DNA of 64,000 bases from Duodenibacillus sp. (GTDB lineage Bacteria > Pseudomonadota > Gammaproteobacteria > Burkholderiales > Burkholderiaceae_F): the NCBI GenBank assembly GCA_017628205.1, contig JAGBZO010000039.1, forward strand, positions 35,279-99,278, read 5' to 3'. A model generated the notes under the pieces. It did no database searches and was not told the origin of the DNA. It worked only from the letters and a program-made list of their open reading frames with translations. A program made the position numbers and the translations under genes. Positions 53,595 to 64,000 of this stretch are shown here, piece by piece (the first letter of the stretch is position 1; every line of letters begins with the position of its first letter).

Positions 53595-54410
53595 TCAAAG
53601 GTTCAAACGATCCAATACCTGTTGATGGATCGCTCCTGCCGTGCAAACCGCGCTGAGTTCTTCAAGCGGATTGCCGCCCTTCATGGAACTGATGACTCCG
53701 CCCGCGCCTTCCACCACGGGCAACAAGGCCGCCACATCCCAATAACATAACTCGGGATCAATCATGATGTCGGCGCCGCCCGTTGCCACCGCAAAGTACC
53801 CGAAACAGTCGCCCATGGTGCGATAGAGCTTCACTTCGTCAATCAAACGTTGCAAACGCTCGTCCCCGCACTGCTCGGGCGTCGTCCAGTGGCTGGTCAC
53901 CAACAAGGAAGCCCGCGAAAGCTCGCCGCAGTCACGAACCTTCACCGTACGTTGGGTGCGTCCGAATCGATTTTCAACATGCAACACGGTTTCGTCCCTG
54001 GAACCGATGGCTCGCACACCGGCGGCCGGATGCGTGATCGTCGACAGAATCGGGCGGAAGCCTTCGCCGTCGTCACGTTCAAGCGCAATCAACGTGCCGA
54101 ACAAAAACGAATTCGTGATGAAACTGCGCGTACCGTCGATCGGATCGAGAATCCATCGATAGCGCACGGCCTCGGCTTGAGCGGGCTTCTCGCCCCATTC
54201 TTCACCGAAAATCCCGTGAGAAGGAAAACGCGCCTCAATCAGCTGTCTCATCCGCCATTCGGCCATCTTGTCGGCCTGCGTCACGGGCGTGCCGTTGCTC
54301 TTGTCGTCGACTTCGATGCCGGTCAAGAAGCGGGGCAAGATTTCCCCGAGAGCGCAATCGATCAATTCGTGCAAAAACGGGACGAACGCTTGTTTTTCTT
54401 TTTCGCTCAT
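53595..54410 (-). CDS. inositol monophosphatase family protein, probable histidinol-phosphatase HisN
   Basis: PVT.AD..AE, GEE, WILDPIDGTRSF, GDC.GY, WDVAA. Confidence 0.85.
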   Translation of the reverse strand: MSEKEKQAFVPFLHELIDCALGEILPRFLTGIEVDDKSNGTPVTQADKMAEWRMRQLIEARFPSHGIFGEEWGEKPAQAEAVRYRWILDPIDGTRSFITNSFLFGTLIALERDDGEGFRPILSTITHPAAGVRAIGSRDETVLHVENRFGRTQRTVKVRDCGELSRASLLVTSHWTTPEQCGDERLQRLIDEVKLYRTMGDCFGYFAVATGGADIMIDPELCYWDVAALLPVVEGAGGVISSMKGGNPLEELSAVCTAGAIHQQVLDRLNL

Positions 54411-54668
54411 CGGAGCGGTGTACGTGTGTCGAACCATAAGATCGGATCCTCAAAATCGGGGTTGGTTTTTCATTGTAGCCGTTTGAGTCGGGGTGCACTT
54501 GAGAACGCCTATGAAAGTCCGAAGCAAATCGCAACTTTCTGCCGAAGTACCCTAGTTGATACAACAAAGTGCCTACACTTTGTCGCCATTTGCCTTTTTT
54601 ACTTTCCTTTTACAGCCGATCGGGGCAGAATGGGTCGATACGTTATTTATTTGATTGGGAGAAAGAAC

Positions 54669-56720
54669 ATGTCCAATTACCCCACCGAAAACCTTCGTAC
54701 TGTAGCCATCGTCGGTCACGGCGCCAGTGGTAAGACCAGCCTGATCGAAGCCATGCTGATGCGTTCCGGCGCCTTGGCCGAACTCGGTTCTGTAGAACGC
54801 GGTAATACGGTTTGTGACAACGATCCCCAGGAAAAGGCCGTCGGTCACTCCCTTCGCATGGCCGTCGCGCACATTGACACGGCCATGCCCGACCTGACTC
54901 CCGTACGCATTCACGTTGTCGACACCCCGGGGTATCCCGACTACGTCGGTCAGTCTCTGTCCGCTTTGGATGCGGTCAAGTCCGTTGCCATCGTCGTCGA
55001 CGCCACCAAAGGCATCGAACTGATGACTCGTCGCATGATGCAATGGGCTCAGGAACGTAACCTTTGCCGCATGATCGTCATCAACAAGATCGACGTGCCC
55101 GACGTTGACTTGGTCAAATTGCTCGACGATTTGCGCGAAGCCTTCGGCGACGGCGTTTTGCCGATCAACCTGCCCGCCAAGTGCTGCACCCGCGTCATCG
55201 ACTGCTTCGATCGCGACCACGGCGAATCCGACATCATGAGCGTTACCGACGTTCACCGTGCTTTGATCGAACGCGTCGTTGAAGTCGACGACGAAACGAT
55301 GGAAAAGTATCTTGAAGAAGGCGACGCCGACCCTTCCACGTTGCACGCCCCGTTGACCAAGGCCCTGCGCGAACATCACATCATTCCAGTGTGCTTCACG
55401 AGCGCCAAGAAGTTGGCCGGTATCCGCGACTTCATGAAGGTCATCATCCGCCACATGCCGTCCCCGGCCGAAGCCAACGTTTCGTTGTTCAAGAACCCCG
55501 ATCATTCCTTGCACGTTACCGAACCGCGCAACGATTTACCGGTGTTGGCTCACGTCTTCAAGGTTGTTTCCGACCCGTTCGTCGGCAAGATCGGCGTGTT
55601 CCGCGTACATCAAGGCCAGATCAAACCGGGCACCGTTTTGTACGTCAACACGTCCAAGAAGCCGATCAAGGTCGTGCGCCCGCTCATCCTGCAAGGCAAG
55701 GACACCATGGAAGTCGACGAATTGCACTCGGGCGATATCGGCGCGTTGAACAAGATCGACGAACTCACCTACGGTTGCATCCTTCACTCCGATCCCGAAG
55801 ACTGCAACCTGCACATGTCGCATCTGTCCTTCCCGAAGCCCATGTTCGGCTTGGCCATTTCGCCGGCTCGCCGTGGTGACGAAGGCCGCATGAGCGAAGT
55901 CGTCGCCAAGATGATCGCTGAAGATCCGACCCTCAGCGTCGACCACGACGTCGTTTTGAACGAAACCGTCTTGCGCGGCCTGACCGAAATGCACCTGCGT
56001 ACCGTTTTGCAGCGCATGAAGGATCAGTTCAAGCTCGAAGTCACGACCAAGACCCCGTCGATCCCCTACCGCGAAACCATTTCCGGTACAGCCGAAGGTC
56101 ACGCCCGCCACAAGAAGCAAACGGGCGGTGCCGGTCAGTTCGGTGAAGTTTATTTGAAGGTCGAACCGTTGCCGCGCGGCGCCGGTTTCGAGTTTGTCGA
56201 TCAGGTCAAGGGTGGCGTCATTCCCTACAACCTCATCCCGGCCGTCGAAAAGGGCGTACGAGAAGTGTTGAGCAGCGGTTACGTTGCCGGCTATCCGATT
56301 GAAGACATTCGCGTCATCGTTTATGACGGCAAGCACCATCCCGTCGACAGTAAGGAAGTCGCCTTCGTCGCAGCCGGTCGCAAGGCCATGCTCGACGCGC
56401 TTCAGAACGCCGCTCCGACGTTGCTTGAACCGATCGTCGAATTGACGATCACCGCTCCGGACTCCAGCATGGGCGACATCACCGGCGATTTGGCAAGCCG
56501 TCGCGGTCAAGTTGTCGGCACGGAAAACCTGCCCGGCGGCATGATGGAAATCAAGGGTACGGCTCCTTTGGCCGAACTCGACGGTTATGCAACCCGTTTG
56601 CACGCCATCACGCAGGGTGCCGGCGCCTTCACCATGGATCTGGCTTCTTATCAGCCCGTTCCCGCTCAGAAGCAGGCCGAGCTGGCCGCCAACTTCCAGC
56701 GCAAGGCTGAAGAAGACTAA
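54669..56720 (+). CDS. elongation factor G paralogue (EF-G II / FusA-like)
   Basis: GHGASGKT, DTPGY, NKID, DPFVG, EDPT, YRETI, KKQTGGAGQFG, DGKHHPVDS, LLEP. True ATG at 54669; the track ORF is over-extended. Confidence 0.92.
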   Translation: MSNYPTENLRTVAIVGHGASGKTSLIEAMLMRSGALAELGSVERGNTVCDNDPQEKAVGHSLRMAVAHIDTAMPDLTPVRIHVVDTPGYPDYVGQSLSALDAVKSVAIVVDATKGIELMTRRMMQWAQERNLCRMIVINKIDVPDVDLVKLLDDLREAFGDGVLPINLPAKCCTRVIDCFDRDHGESDIMSVTDVHRALIERVVEVDDETMEKYLEEGDADPSTLHAPLTKALREHHIIPVCFTSAKKLAGIRDFMKVIIRHMPSPAEANVSLFKNPDHSLHVTEPRNDLPVLAHVFKVVSDPFVGKIGVFRVHQGQIKPGTVLYVNTSKKPIKVVRPLILQGKDTMEVDELHSGDIGALNKIDELTYGCILHSDPEDCNLHMSHLSFPKPMFGLAISPARRGDEGRMSEVVAKMIAEDPTLSVDHDVVLNETVLRGLTEMHLRTVLQRMKDQFKLEVTTKTPSIPYRETISGTAEGHARHKKQTGGAGQFGEVYLKVEPLPRGAGFEFVDQVKGGVIPYNLIPAVEKGVREVLSSGYVAGYPIEDIRVIVYDGKHHPVDSKEVAFVAAGRKAMLDALQNAAPTLLEPIVELTITAPDSSMGDITGDLASRRGQVVGTENLPGGMMEIKGTAPLAELDGYATRLHAITQGAGAFTMDLASYQPVPAQKQAELAANFQRKAEED

Positions 56721-56728
56721 GTCGGAAA

Positions 56729-56752
56729 CGAATGCGCCCGCGGGCGCATTCG
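56729..56752. repeat. perfect 24-bp palindrome
   Basis: CGAATGCGCCCGCGGGCGCATTCG, 8 nt after the EF-G II stop, followed by a second hairpin with T-run at about 56765-56801. Confidence 0.9.
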
Positions 56753-56982
56753 GACTCTCCCTCCAAAAGGGTCAAGCTTCGCGCTCGACCCTTTTCTTTT
56801 TATTGCTCGGACGTTCACAACCGTCGGCGATGCTCGTCCCTTGGATTTTTTCCTGAGTTGCCGTGAAAAAATTTCTTGATTGCGTCATTACGCGATAGAA
56901 TGATTGGGTTGCGCCGTCCCTAGGCTACGCAAGGAAAGCGACGGCTCCGTGTTTTATTTATTACGAAAGAGATTTTTCAGCC

Positions 56983-58233
56983 ATGTCCGACCAGATTGAA
57001 CAAGTTGAAAAGAAGTACGAAATCACTCCGGATATCGTTGACGCAATGGCAACGATCCGCCGTGGCGTCGACACCCTGCTTATCGAAAGCGAACTCGAAC
57101 AGAAATTGGCTCGTTCCAAGGCGACCGGTCAGCCGCTGCGCTGCAAGCTCGGCTTGGATCCGACCGCTCCCGACATTCATATCGGTCACACCGTCGTACT
57201 GAACAAGTTGCGTCAGTTGCAGGATCTGGGACACACCGTGATTTTCCTGATCGGCGACTTCACCGCAGCCATCGGCGATCCGTCCGGTCGCAACGTCACC
57301 CGCCCGCCGCTGTCTCCCGAACAAATCAAAATCAATGCCGAAACCTACCTCAATCAGGCCGGCCTCGTTCTGGATTTGGACAAGACCGAAGTGCGTTACA
57401 ACTCCGAATGGTGCAACCAACTGGGCGCCACCGGTTTGATCAAGCTTGCTTCCCGTTACACCTTGGCCCGTCTTCTCGAACGCGACGACTTTGCCAAGCG
57501 TTACGCCGCACAGGCTCCGATCGCCATGCACGAACTGATTTACCCGTTGATGCAGGGTTACGACTCCGTTGCTCTGAACAGCGATATCGAATTGGGCGGT
57601 TCCGACCAACGTTTCAACTTGTTGGTCGGTCGCGAATTGCAGCGCCAGTACGGCCAGGAAGCCCAGTGCATTTTGACCATGCCTTTGCTGGTCGGTCTCG
57701 ACGGCGTCGACAAGATGAGCAAGAGCAAGCACAACTACATCGGCATCACCGACTCGCCCAACGACATGTTCGGCAAGGTGATGAGCATCTCCGACTCCCT
57801 CATGTGGAACTGGTATGACTTGCTCAGCTTGAAGCCCAACGCCGAAATCGAACAGATCAAATTCGATTGCAACAACGGCCGCAATCCGCGCGACGCCAAG
57901 GTAATGCTCGCCAAGGAAATCATCGAACGATTCCACAGCGCCGCCGATGCCGAAGCCGCCGAAGCCGAATTCAACGCCCGTTTCCGCGGCGGTGCGGCTC
58001 CCGCCGACATCCCCGAAGTGACGGTTCAGTCCGTCGACGGCGTTATCGGCGTGGCCAAGATGCTCAAGGAAGCCGGTCTGGTTCCGAGCAACGGCGAAGC
58101 CAACCGCAACATCGAACAAGGCGGCGTACGCATTGACGGCGAACGTGTCAGCGATCGCGGCTTGCAATTTGCTCCCGGTTGCTACACCGTTCAAGTCGGC
58201 AAGCGTAAGTGGGCCAAGATCACCGTGAAGTAA
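56983..58233 (+). CDS. tyrS: tyrosine--tRNA ligase
   Basis: [38 protein letters not shown]-terminal S4 domain. Confidence 0.97.
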   Translation: MSDQIEQVEKKYEITPDIVDAMATIRRGVDTLLIESELEQKLARSKATGQPLRCKLGLDPTAPDIHIGHTVVLNKLRQLQDLGHTVIFLIGDFTAAIGDPSGRNVTRPPLSPEQIKINAETYLNQAGLVLDLDKTEVRYNSEWCNQLGATGLIKLASRYTLARLLERDDFAKRYAAQAPIAMHELIYPLMQGYDSVALNSDIELGGSDQRFNLLVGRELQRQYGQEAQCILTMPLLVGLDGVDKMSKSKHNYIGITDSPNDMFGKVMSISDSLMWNWYDLLSLKPNAEIEQIKFDCNNGRNPRDAKVMLAKEIIERFHSAADAEAAEAEFNARFRGGAAPADIPEVTVQSVDGVIGVAKMLKEAGLVPSNGEANRNIEQGGVRIDGERVSDRGLQFAPGCYTVQVGKRKWAKITVK

Positions 58234-58237
58234 GATC

Positions 58238-58675
58238 ATGTTGGCATTGCTTCAACGCGTCTGCGAAGCTTCCGTCACCGTCGACGGCGCCGTTATCGGT
58301 CAAATCGACAAAGGCTTGATGGTGCTCGTTTGCGCGGAAAAAGGCGACACCGAGGACCAAGCTCGTAAATTGGCGCAAAAGCTTTTGCGCTATCGCGTGT
58401 TTTCCGATGAAAACGGCAAGATGAACCGCTCGGTCAAAGACGTCGCCGGCGACGTCTTGTTGGTTTCCCAGTTTACGTTGGCCGCCGATACCAACTCGGG
58501 CAACCGCCCGAGCTTCACCCCGGCTGCTGACCCGGAAACCGGCCGTCGCCTCTACGAGGTATTTGTCGATGAAGTTCGCCTGTCGGGTTTGAAAACGCAA
58601 ACGGGCCGGTTCGGTGCCGACATGAAAGTCGCTTTGATCAACGACGGCCCTGTCACGTTTCTGTTGAAAGCCTGA
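58238..58675 (+). CDS. dtd: D-aminoacyl-tRNA deacylase
   Basis: [31 protein letters not shown]. Confidence 0.96.
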   Translation: MLALLQRVCEASVTVDGAVIGQIDKGLMVLVCAEKGDTEDQARKLAQKLLRYRVFSDENGKMNRSVKDVAGDVLLVSQFTLAADTNSGNRPSFTPAADPETGRRLYEVFVDEVRLSGLKTQTGRFGADMKVALINDGPVTFLLKA

Positions 58676-58689
58676 CGACTTGCTCCGAC

Positions 58690-58727
58690 AAAACACCGTT
58701 TCGTTACGACGAAACGGTGTTTTTTTC
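58690..58727 (+). terminator. terminator after dtd
   Basis: AAAACACCGTTTCGT...ACGAAACGGTGTTTT. Confidence 0.85.
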
Positions 58728-58875
58728 ATGCTCGACGGGCACGACGATCCGAGCCGCAACGTAAAGTTTTTATCAAATGCGCGGAGGGTGTCGAAGTGAC
58801 TGCCCTATAATTTCACCCATACCGTCTCTCGGGCGAGAGTCGATTCGCGCCTCGAGCCCCCTCTTTTTTGGTTTT

Positions 58876-60273
58876 ATGTCGGCGCAAGCACTCCTCGGTA
58901 AACAACTACGCCGTCTCGGCGATTCTCTCCTTTGTCGGCTGCAAGAAGCCGTGCAAAGGCCTTTGTGCGCCCGCTCCCTTTTCACGTTCGCCCTGTGTTT
59001 CATTCTGTTTGCCGCTCCTTTTTACGGCATTGTCAAAACCAGTTGGCAACACACGGTCATGGCTCGAATCAGCCCTCGTACGATGACCGTCAACGTAGAA
59101 CTTCCCGATCTGAGCGAACAACTGGCCGTGTTGACGAGTCGCCAACACGTTGAGTCGCGTCGCTTGCGAATCGGCGACGATCAGACTCTCTTGTCATTAC
59201 TGGCCGCATTGGGAATCAAAGATCCCGAAGCCGAGCGTTTCATTTTGAGCGAGCAAGCGGCCAAACCGTTGTTGCACCCGCGATCGGGACAGTTCGTCTC
59301 CGCCGAATTGTTCGGCGACGGAACGATCCGACAATTGAGGATTTTCCTCGACCAGCCGTTGACCGAACGCGTAGACGTATTGACGCTTTATCGCGACGGT
59401 ACCCGTTTGATTTGCGAACAAACGCCGTTCGAATACGACATCCGACTCGAAGCGCTCGGCGGCGTTGTCACCGGCCCGATCGATGCGAGCCTCAAAAAAG
59501 CGGGGATTCCCGAAAAAATCATCGGTCAAATGCACGACGCTTTCGACGTCGATCGCGATCAACTGCATCAAATGCGCAAAGGCGACGCCTTCCGCATCGT
59601 TTACGAGTCGAAATTCGCCGACGGGAACTTCGTGCGTCACGGGCGCTTGTTGGCGATGCAATTTGAACATCAAGGCAAGAGTACCGAACTGTTTTGGTTC
59701 AATAACGACGATCGAGGCGGCAACTACTACGACGCGCAGGGCTTGATCTCCCGTCGCACTTTCATGCGCGTGCCGTTGGACATTCAAAGCGTCAGCAGCG
59801 AGTTTTCTCCCATGCGACGCCATCCCGTTACCGGCGTTTTGCGTCCGCACAACGGCACCGACTTCCGCGCTCCTTGGGGCGCTACGGTACGAGCAGCCGC
59901 CGACGGCGTCGTGACCTTTGCGGGCGTCGGTTCCGGATGGGGCAAATTTATCCGCATCAAACACGGCCCCGACTACGTGACGTTGTATGCTCACCTGTCC
60001 CGCATCAACAAGAACATCCGTTCCGGAACGAAAGTCAAACGCGGCGAAATCATCGGTCGCGTAGGCCAAACGGGGCTGGCAACGGGGCCGCACTTGCATT
60101 ACGAACTCAAGATCGGCGACATTCAGATCAATCCGATGACCGCCCGACTGCCGGATACGGATCATTTGACCCCCTATCAGTTGGCGCGATTGACGGCTCA
60201 AATCAAGCCGTTGCGTGAACGACTCGAGTCGATCACGATCTCCGACATCGAAATGCAAGGCACTACACCATGA
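58876..60273 (+). CDS. M23 family peptidoglycan endopeptidase (MepM-like)
   Basis: HNGTD (HxxxD), YAHL, GLATGPHLHYE; start uncertain. Confidence 0.9.
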   Translation: MSAQALLGKQLRRLGDSLLCRLQEAVQRPLCARSLFTFALCFILFAAPFYGIVKTSWQHTVMARISPRTMTVNVELPDLSEQLAVLTSRQHVESRRLRIGDDQTLLSLLAALGIKDPEAERFILSEQAAKPLLHPRSGQFVSAELFGDGTIRQLRIFLDQPLTERVDVLTLYRDGTRLICEQTPFEYDIRLEALGGVVTGPIDASLKKAGIPEKIIGQMHDAFDVDRDQLHQMRKGDAFRIVYESKFADGNFVRHGRLLAMQFEHQGKSTELFWFNNDDRGGNYYDAQGLISRRTFMRVPLDIQSVSSEFSPMRRHPVTGVLRPHNGTDFRAPWGATVRAAADGVVTFAGVGSGWGKFIRIKHGPDYVTLYAHLSRINKNIRSGTKVKRGEIIGRVGQTGLATGPHLHYELKIGDIQINPMTARLPDTDHLTPYQLARLTAQIKPLRERLESITISDIEMQGTTP

Positions 60274-61367
60274 AACGAACGATCACCATCGGACTGATGT
60301 CGGGAACCAGTTTGGACGGCGTTGATGCGGTCGCCGTCGACTTCGACGAGGATCGCGCTCGCTTTCTCGGTCACGCCTACTTGCCGTTCGAGCCCGATCT
60401 GGCCCAAGAGCTGGCCTCGTTGTGCCTGCCCGGCGACAACGAAATCGATCGTATGGGACGAGCTGCTCTACGCCTGACTGAGCGCTACGCGCAAACCATC
60501 GAGTCTGTCCTCGCGCAAGTCGGCGTCGACAAATCCCGTGTGCTGGCCGTTGGCGTGCACGGCCAAACGATTCGGCATCGCCCTCAATGGGGATGGACGT
60601 TGCAATTGAACAATCCCGCCGACTTGGCGGAACGCCTCGGATTGGACGTTATCGCCGATTTTCGCAGTCGCGACATGGCGGCGGGCGGACAAGGCGCGCC
60701 GTTGGTTCCCGCCTTTCATCAATGCGTTTTTCAGAGTCCGACGGTTTCCCGCACGATCGTCAACATCGGCGGCATCGCCAACTTGACGTACTTGCCTGCG
60801 CAAGATCGGCCCGTCATCGGTTTTGACTGCGGCCCTGGCAACACGCTGATGGATGCGTGGAACCTGAAGCACCGATCGACGCCTTATGACAATGACGGCG
60901 CATGGGGCGCCCGAGGTCGGGTCGATTTTGATCTGCTCAATCGACTGTTGAGCGATCCGTTTTTCTCGGCGCCCTATCCAAAGAGCACTGGTCGAGAATA
61001 CTTCAACCTCGAGTGGCTCGCTCGCTTTGCGCCCTGTACTGCTCCTGAAAACGTTCAGGCGTCCTTGCGCGAGTTGACCGCAATCAGCATTGCCCGCGCC
61101 ATACAAAACGACGCTCCCGACACGAGGGAAGTGTTTGTTTGCGGCGGCGGAGCCTTCAATCGTCGCCTGATGCAAAGTTTGCGCGAGGCGCTCGGAGGCG
61201 GCGCAACCGTTTCGACAACTGAGGCGTTGGGCATTCATCCGATGCATGTCGAGGCGATGGCTTTTGCCTGGTTAGCCCGTCAATTTTGCCTTCGTCGGTT
61301 CGGCAACCTGCCCGACGTGACGAACGCCAGGGGCAAACGCATCTTGGGCGCTCTCTATCCGGCTTGA
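60270..61367 (+). CDS. anmK: anhydro-N-acetylmuramic acid kinase
   Basis: IGLMSGTSLDGVD, HGQTIRH, DFR..D.A.GGQGAPL, NIGGIAN, PKSTGRE, EAMAFAWLA. Confidence 0.96.
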   Translation: MKRTITIGLMSGTSLDGVDAVAVDFDEDRARFLGHAYLPFEPDLAQELASLCLPGDNEIDRMGRAALRLTERYAQTIESVLAQVGVDKSRVLAVGVHGQTIRHRPQWGWTLQLNNPADLAERLGLDVIADFRSRDMAAGGQGAPLVPAFHQCVFQSPTVSRTIVNIGGIANLTYLPAQDRPVIGFDCGPGNTLMDAWNLKHRSTPYDNDGAWGARGRVDFDLLNRLLSDPFFSAPYPKSTGREYFNLEWLARFAPCTAPENVQASLRELTAISIARAIQNDAPDTREVFVCGGGAFNRRLMQSLREALGGGATVSTTEALGIHPMHVEAMAFAWLARQFCLRRFGNLPDVTNARGKRILGALYPA

Positions 61368-61545
61368 CCGAAGGCCTGTACTCAAATAGCCACGGATGAG
61401 CAACTTTCATCAAAAATTAGAAATATACTTTCAGATTGAGTAGAATCGCCCGTTCAGTCTCTTAGCCCGAATTAGTTTGATTTTCGGGACGACGCGCGCC
61501 AGCCTAGCATGCACGAGCCACGCCGCCCCGGCGTGAGTAAGCGTC

Positions 61546-63282
61546 ATGTCGATTACCTCTTTCGTTAAAGAAGCGGCCAAGCACGTGCCGATGGCCAAGT
61601 TCCGTCCCATCACGGTGGACGCACTTAAAAACTACAACACCCGCATGCTCACTCGAGACATCAGCGCCGGCTTGACCGTCGGTATGGTGGCTCTGCCTTT
61701 GGCCATGGCTTTCGGTATCGCCTCCGGCGTTCCGCCCGAAGCCGGTATTTATACGGCCATCATCGCCGGTTTTCTGATTTCTTTGCTCGGTGGTTGCCGC
61801 GTTCAAATCGGCGGCCCCGCAGGCGCCTTCATCGTCATCATTTACGGGATCATCGCCAACTATGGCTTGGGCAGTTTATTGCTCGCCACGATCGGCTCGG
61901 GGGTACTTCTGTTCTTGATGGGGCTGTTGAAGCTCGGCAACTTCATTCGTTTCATTCCGGTTTCCATCGTGATCGGCTTTACCAACGGTATTGCCGTATT
62001 GATCGGCCTTAGTCAGGTCAAGGATTTTCTTGGCCTGAGCATTGAAAAGATGCCCGCCGACTTTTTCAGTCAGATCAACACGTTGTCCGAGCACATCGGC
62101 ACGTTCAATCCCTATGCCTTCGGCGTGGCTCTCGTCAGTCTGTTGATCGTCAAGTTCTGGCCTAAGGGCTATGCCATGGGCGGCGCCAACTGGAAAAAAT
62201 GGTTGGCTCACGTTCCCGGTACCGTCGTCGTCTTGGTTCTGTCCACCGTCATCGTCACGACGTTCCAACTCCCGGTCGAAACGATCGGCAGCAAGTTCGG
62301 CGGCATTCCTCAGAATCTGCCCGAATTTGCCATCCCCGATTTCACGTGGGGCGACTTCCGCAACTTGATCGGTCCCATGCTGACGTTGGCCTTGCTTGGC
62401 GCCATTGAAAGTCTGTTGTGCGCCCGCGTCGCCGACGCGATGACGGACGATCGTCACGATCCCAATCAGGAATTGATGGGACAGGGCGTCGCCAATTTCG
62501 TCGTTCCGTTCTTCGGCGGCATTCCCGCCACCGGCACGATCGCCCGTACCGTCACGAACATCAAGAGCGGCGCGGCCTCTCCCGTTGCCGGCCTGGTGCA
62601 TGCCGTCACGTTGCTGATTGTCATTTTGGCCGCGGCCCCCTTGGCCTCCAACATCCCGTTGGCCGCATTGGCCGCCATTTTGGTGTTCGTCGCCTGGAAT
62701 ATGGGCAACTGGGCCGAATTCAAGCGCCTGAGCAAGATGACGATGAGCTATAAGGTCACCTTGGTCACCACGTTCTTGCTGACCGTTATCTTCGACTTGA
62801 CCGTCGCCGTTGAAGTCGGCCTGCTCGTGTCCTGCATCTTCTTCATCTATCGCATGAACACGTTGACGCGCGTCGTTCCCCAGACCCTGCCGTTCGACAT
62901 GCCGGCCGGCGTCGAATCGTGGAAGCTGACCGGCGCTTTGTTCTTCGGTTCCGTCAGCAAACTCGAAACGGTCACCGATCCCAAGCGCATCACGGCTCGC
63001 GACGCTTCCAAGATCGTGATTTTGGATTTCTCGGATTTGCTCAACATCGACAACTCAGCCATGGATATTTTGCAGGTGTTCCAACGCGCTTTGAAGCGTC
63101 GTAATCACGAACTCATCATCGCGGGTGCTTCCGGACACCCGTTGCGTCAGTTGAATCGAACGGGCATCTCGCAATCGCTCGGCCCTAACATGGTTCCCGA
63201 CATGCTTTTTGCCGAAAAGCGTGCCCGTGATCTGCTCGTGGAAATCGAACGACGCGAAACGTGCAACAAGCCCGAAATCTGA
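61546..63282 (+). CDS. SulP/SLC26 anion transporter with STAS domain (DauA-like)
   Basis: AGLTVG.VALPLAMAFGIASG, QIGGPAGAF, IESLLCA, NQEL.GQG.AN, STAS (GALFFGS). Confidence 0.93.
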   Translation: MSITSFVKEAAKHVPMAKFRPITVDALKNYNTRMLTRDISAGLTVGMVALPLAMAFGIASGVPPEAGIYTAIIAGFLISLLGGCRVQIGGPAGAFIVIIYGIIANYGLGSLLLATIGSGVLLFLMGLLKLGNFIRFIPVSIVIGFTNGIAVLIGLSQVKDFLGLSIEKMPADFFSQINTLSEHIGTFNPYAFGVALVSLLIVKFWPKGYAMGGANWKKWLAHVPGTVVVLVLSTVIVTTFQLPVETIGSKFGGIPQNLPEFAIPDFTWGDFRNLIGPMLTLALLGAIESLLCARVADAMTDDRHDPNQELMGQGVANFVVPFFGGIPATGTIARTVTNIKSGAASPVAGLVHAVTLLIVILAAAPLASNIPLAALAAILVFVAWNMGNWAEFKRLSKMTMSYKVTLVTTFLLTVIFDLTVAVEVGLLVSCIFFIYRMNTLTRVVPQTLPFDMPAGVESWKLTGALFFGSVSKLETVTDPKRITARDASKIVILDFSDLLNIDNSAMDILQVFQRALKRRNHELIIAGASGHPLRQLNRTGISQSLGPNMVPDMLFAEKRARDLLVEIERRETCNKPEI

Positions 63283-63310
63283 TCTCGGCTTGATCCGTTC
63301 TCATTCCAAC

Positions 63311-63348
63311 GGGGAGTCTCGTTTTTCAACGGGACTCCCTCTTTTTTT
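63311..63348 (+). terminator. terminator after SulP
   Basis: GGGAGTCTCGTT...AACGGGACTCCC then T-run. Confidence 0.7.
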
Positions 63349-63419
63349 CTCCTCGGCTTTTTTTTGGTTGGGTTTTCGGTAGACTACGCGAACTAGCGAC
63401 TTTTCTTTTTGAATAGATC

Positions 63420-64000
63420 ATGCGTTCGTTGTCTTTGGCCTTGACGGCCTCCTGCCTGCTTTTTTCGATCAACATTCCGGCTCAACCCACTGCCGAAGCG
63501 CAAGAAGTGGCCGCTCGCATTTACAGTCGTACCGGGATGAAAGTCGATGAAGTGCGTCCCGCTCCCGTAGCCGGCCTGTACGAATTGTCTGTCGGCCGAA
63601 AGCTCTTTTACGTCGACGCCGAAGGGCGTCATTTAATCGCCGGCCGTATCTACGACACCGTGTCGGAAAAAGATCTGACCGCTCAACGTCTTGAAGAGCT
63701 CTCACGAATCAGTTGGAGCAAATTGCCTTTGAACGACGCGATCAAAATCACGTACGGCAAGGGCGAACGCAAAGTCGTCGTCTTTACCGACACCAAGTGC
63801 CGCTTTTGCTCCATGCTTGAGAACAGTTTTGAAGAAGTCGGCAACGTCACGGTCTACAACTTCATCTACCCCATCCTCAACTCAAATCATCTGGCCCGCG
63901 ATGTTGTCTGCAGCAAGAACCCGGCTCAAACGCTTAAAGACCATTTGAGCAAAGGCCTGACGCCCCCCGCGGTCGTCGGTCCCTGCGACAGCTCGGTGCT
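63420..64000 (+). CDS. dsbC: DsbC-like thiol:disulfide isomerase (partial, runs off window)
   Basis: Not in the ORF track. Manual translation gives a signal peptide, PVAGLYE, YVDAEGRHLIAG, LPLNDAIK..YGKG, VFTDTKCRFC, YPIL. Confidence 0.85.
   Translation, partial: MRSLSLALTASCLLFSINIPAQPTAEAQEVAARIYSRTGMKVDEVRPAPVAGLYELSVGRKLFYVDAEGRHLIAGRIYDTVSEKDLTAQRLEELSRISWSKLPLNDAIKITYGKGERKVVVFTDTKCRFCSMLENSFEEVGNVTVYNFIYPILNSNHLARDVVCSKNPAQTLKDHLSKGLTPPAVVGPCDSSV

Noticed and set aside
53850-54668. Apparent 273-aa N-terminal extension of EF-G II (956-aa track ORF)
   Set aside because: It overlaps the hisN-like gene on the opposite strand and has no domain features; the ATG at 54669 with a purine-rich RBS gives a normal-length protein.

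Overview
Core-chromosome segment of a betaproteobacterium. Gene order, an Epsilonproteobacteria-type FrdC and the dicarboxylate genes suggest Sutterellaceae (inference). In order: the gyrA-serC-pheA-hisC-tyrA/aroA(fused)-cmk-rpsA superoperon, ompA, nadE-glnB, ppaC, hemCD, argH, fumC, a FadR-regulated organic-acid cluster (DASS transporter, MmgE/PrpD enzyme, two-subunit Fe-S hydro-lyase), ffs (SRP RNA)-GNAT-dnaX-ybaB, pepN, fbp, upp, an orphan frdC, uvrA/MFS/ssb, an NSS transporter, a MacAB-TolC-type efflux operon with a divergent two-component system, hisN, an EF-G paralogue, tyrS-dtd, M23-anmK, SulP and a partial dsbC. I saw no intact transposase, prophage, CRISPR array, rRNA or tRNA. Most notable: (1) the organic-acid cluster, whose hydro-lyase has a non-canonical CQSPG motif, is paired with an epimerase-like MmgE/PrpD and has visible FadR operators; (2) a NadE whose glutaminase domain has lost two of three catalytic residues but sits next to PII; (3) dnaX split into a gamma-like ORF and an out-of-frame tau C-terminal ORF; (4) a 36-bp perfect inverted repeat resembling a collapsed IS150-type element in a terminator. 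All family assignments come from motif recognition, not database searches.
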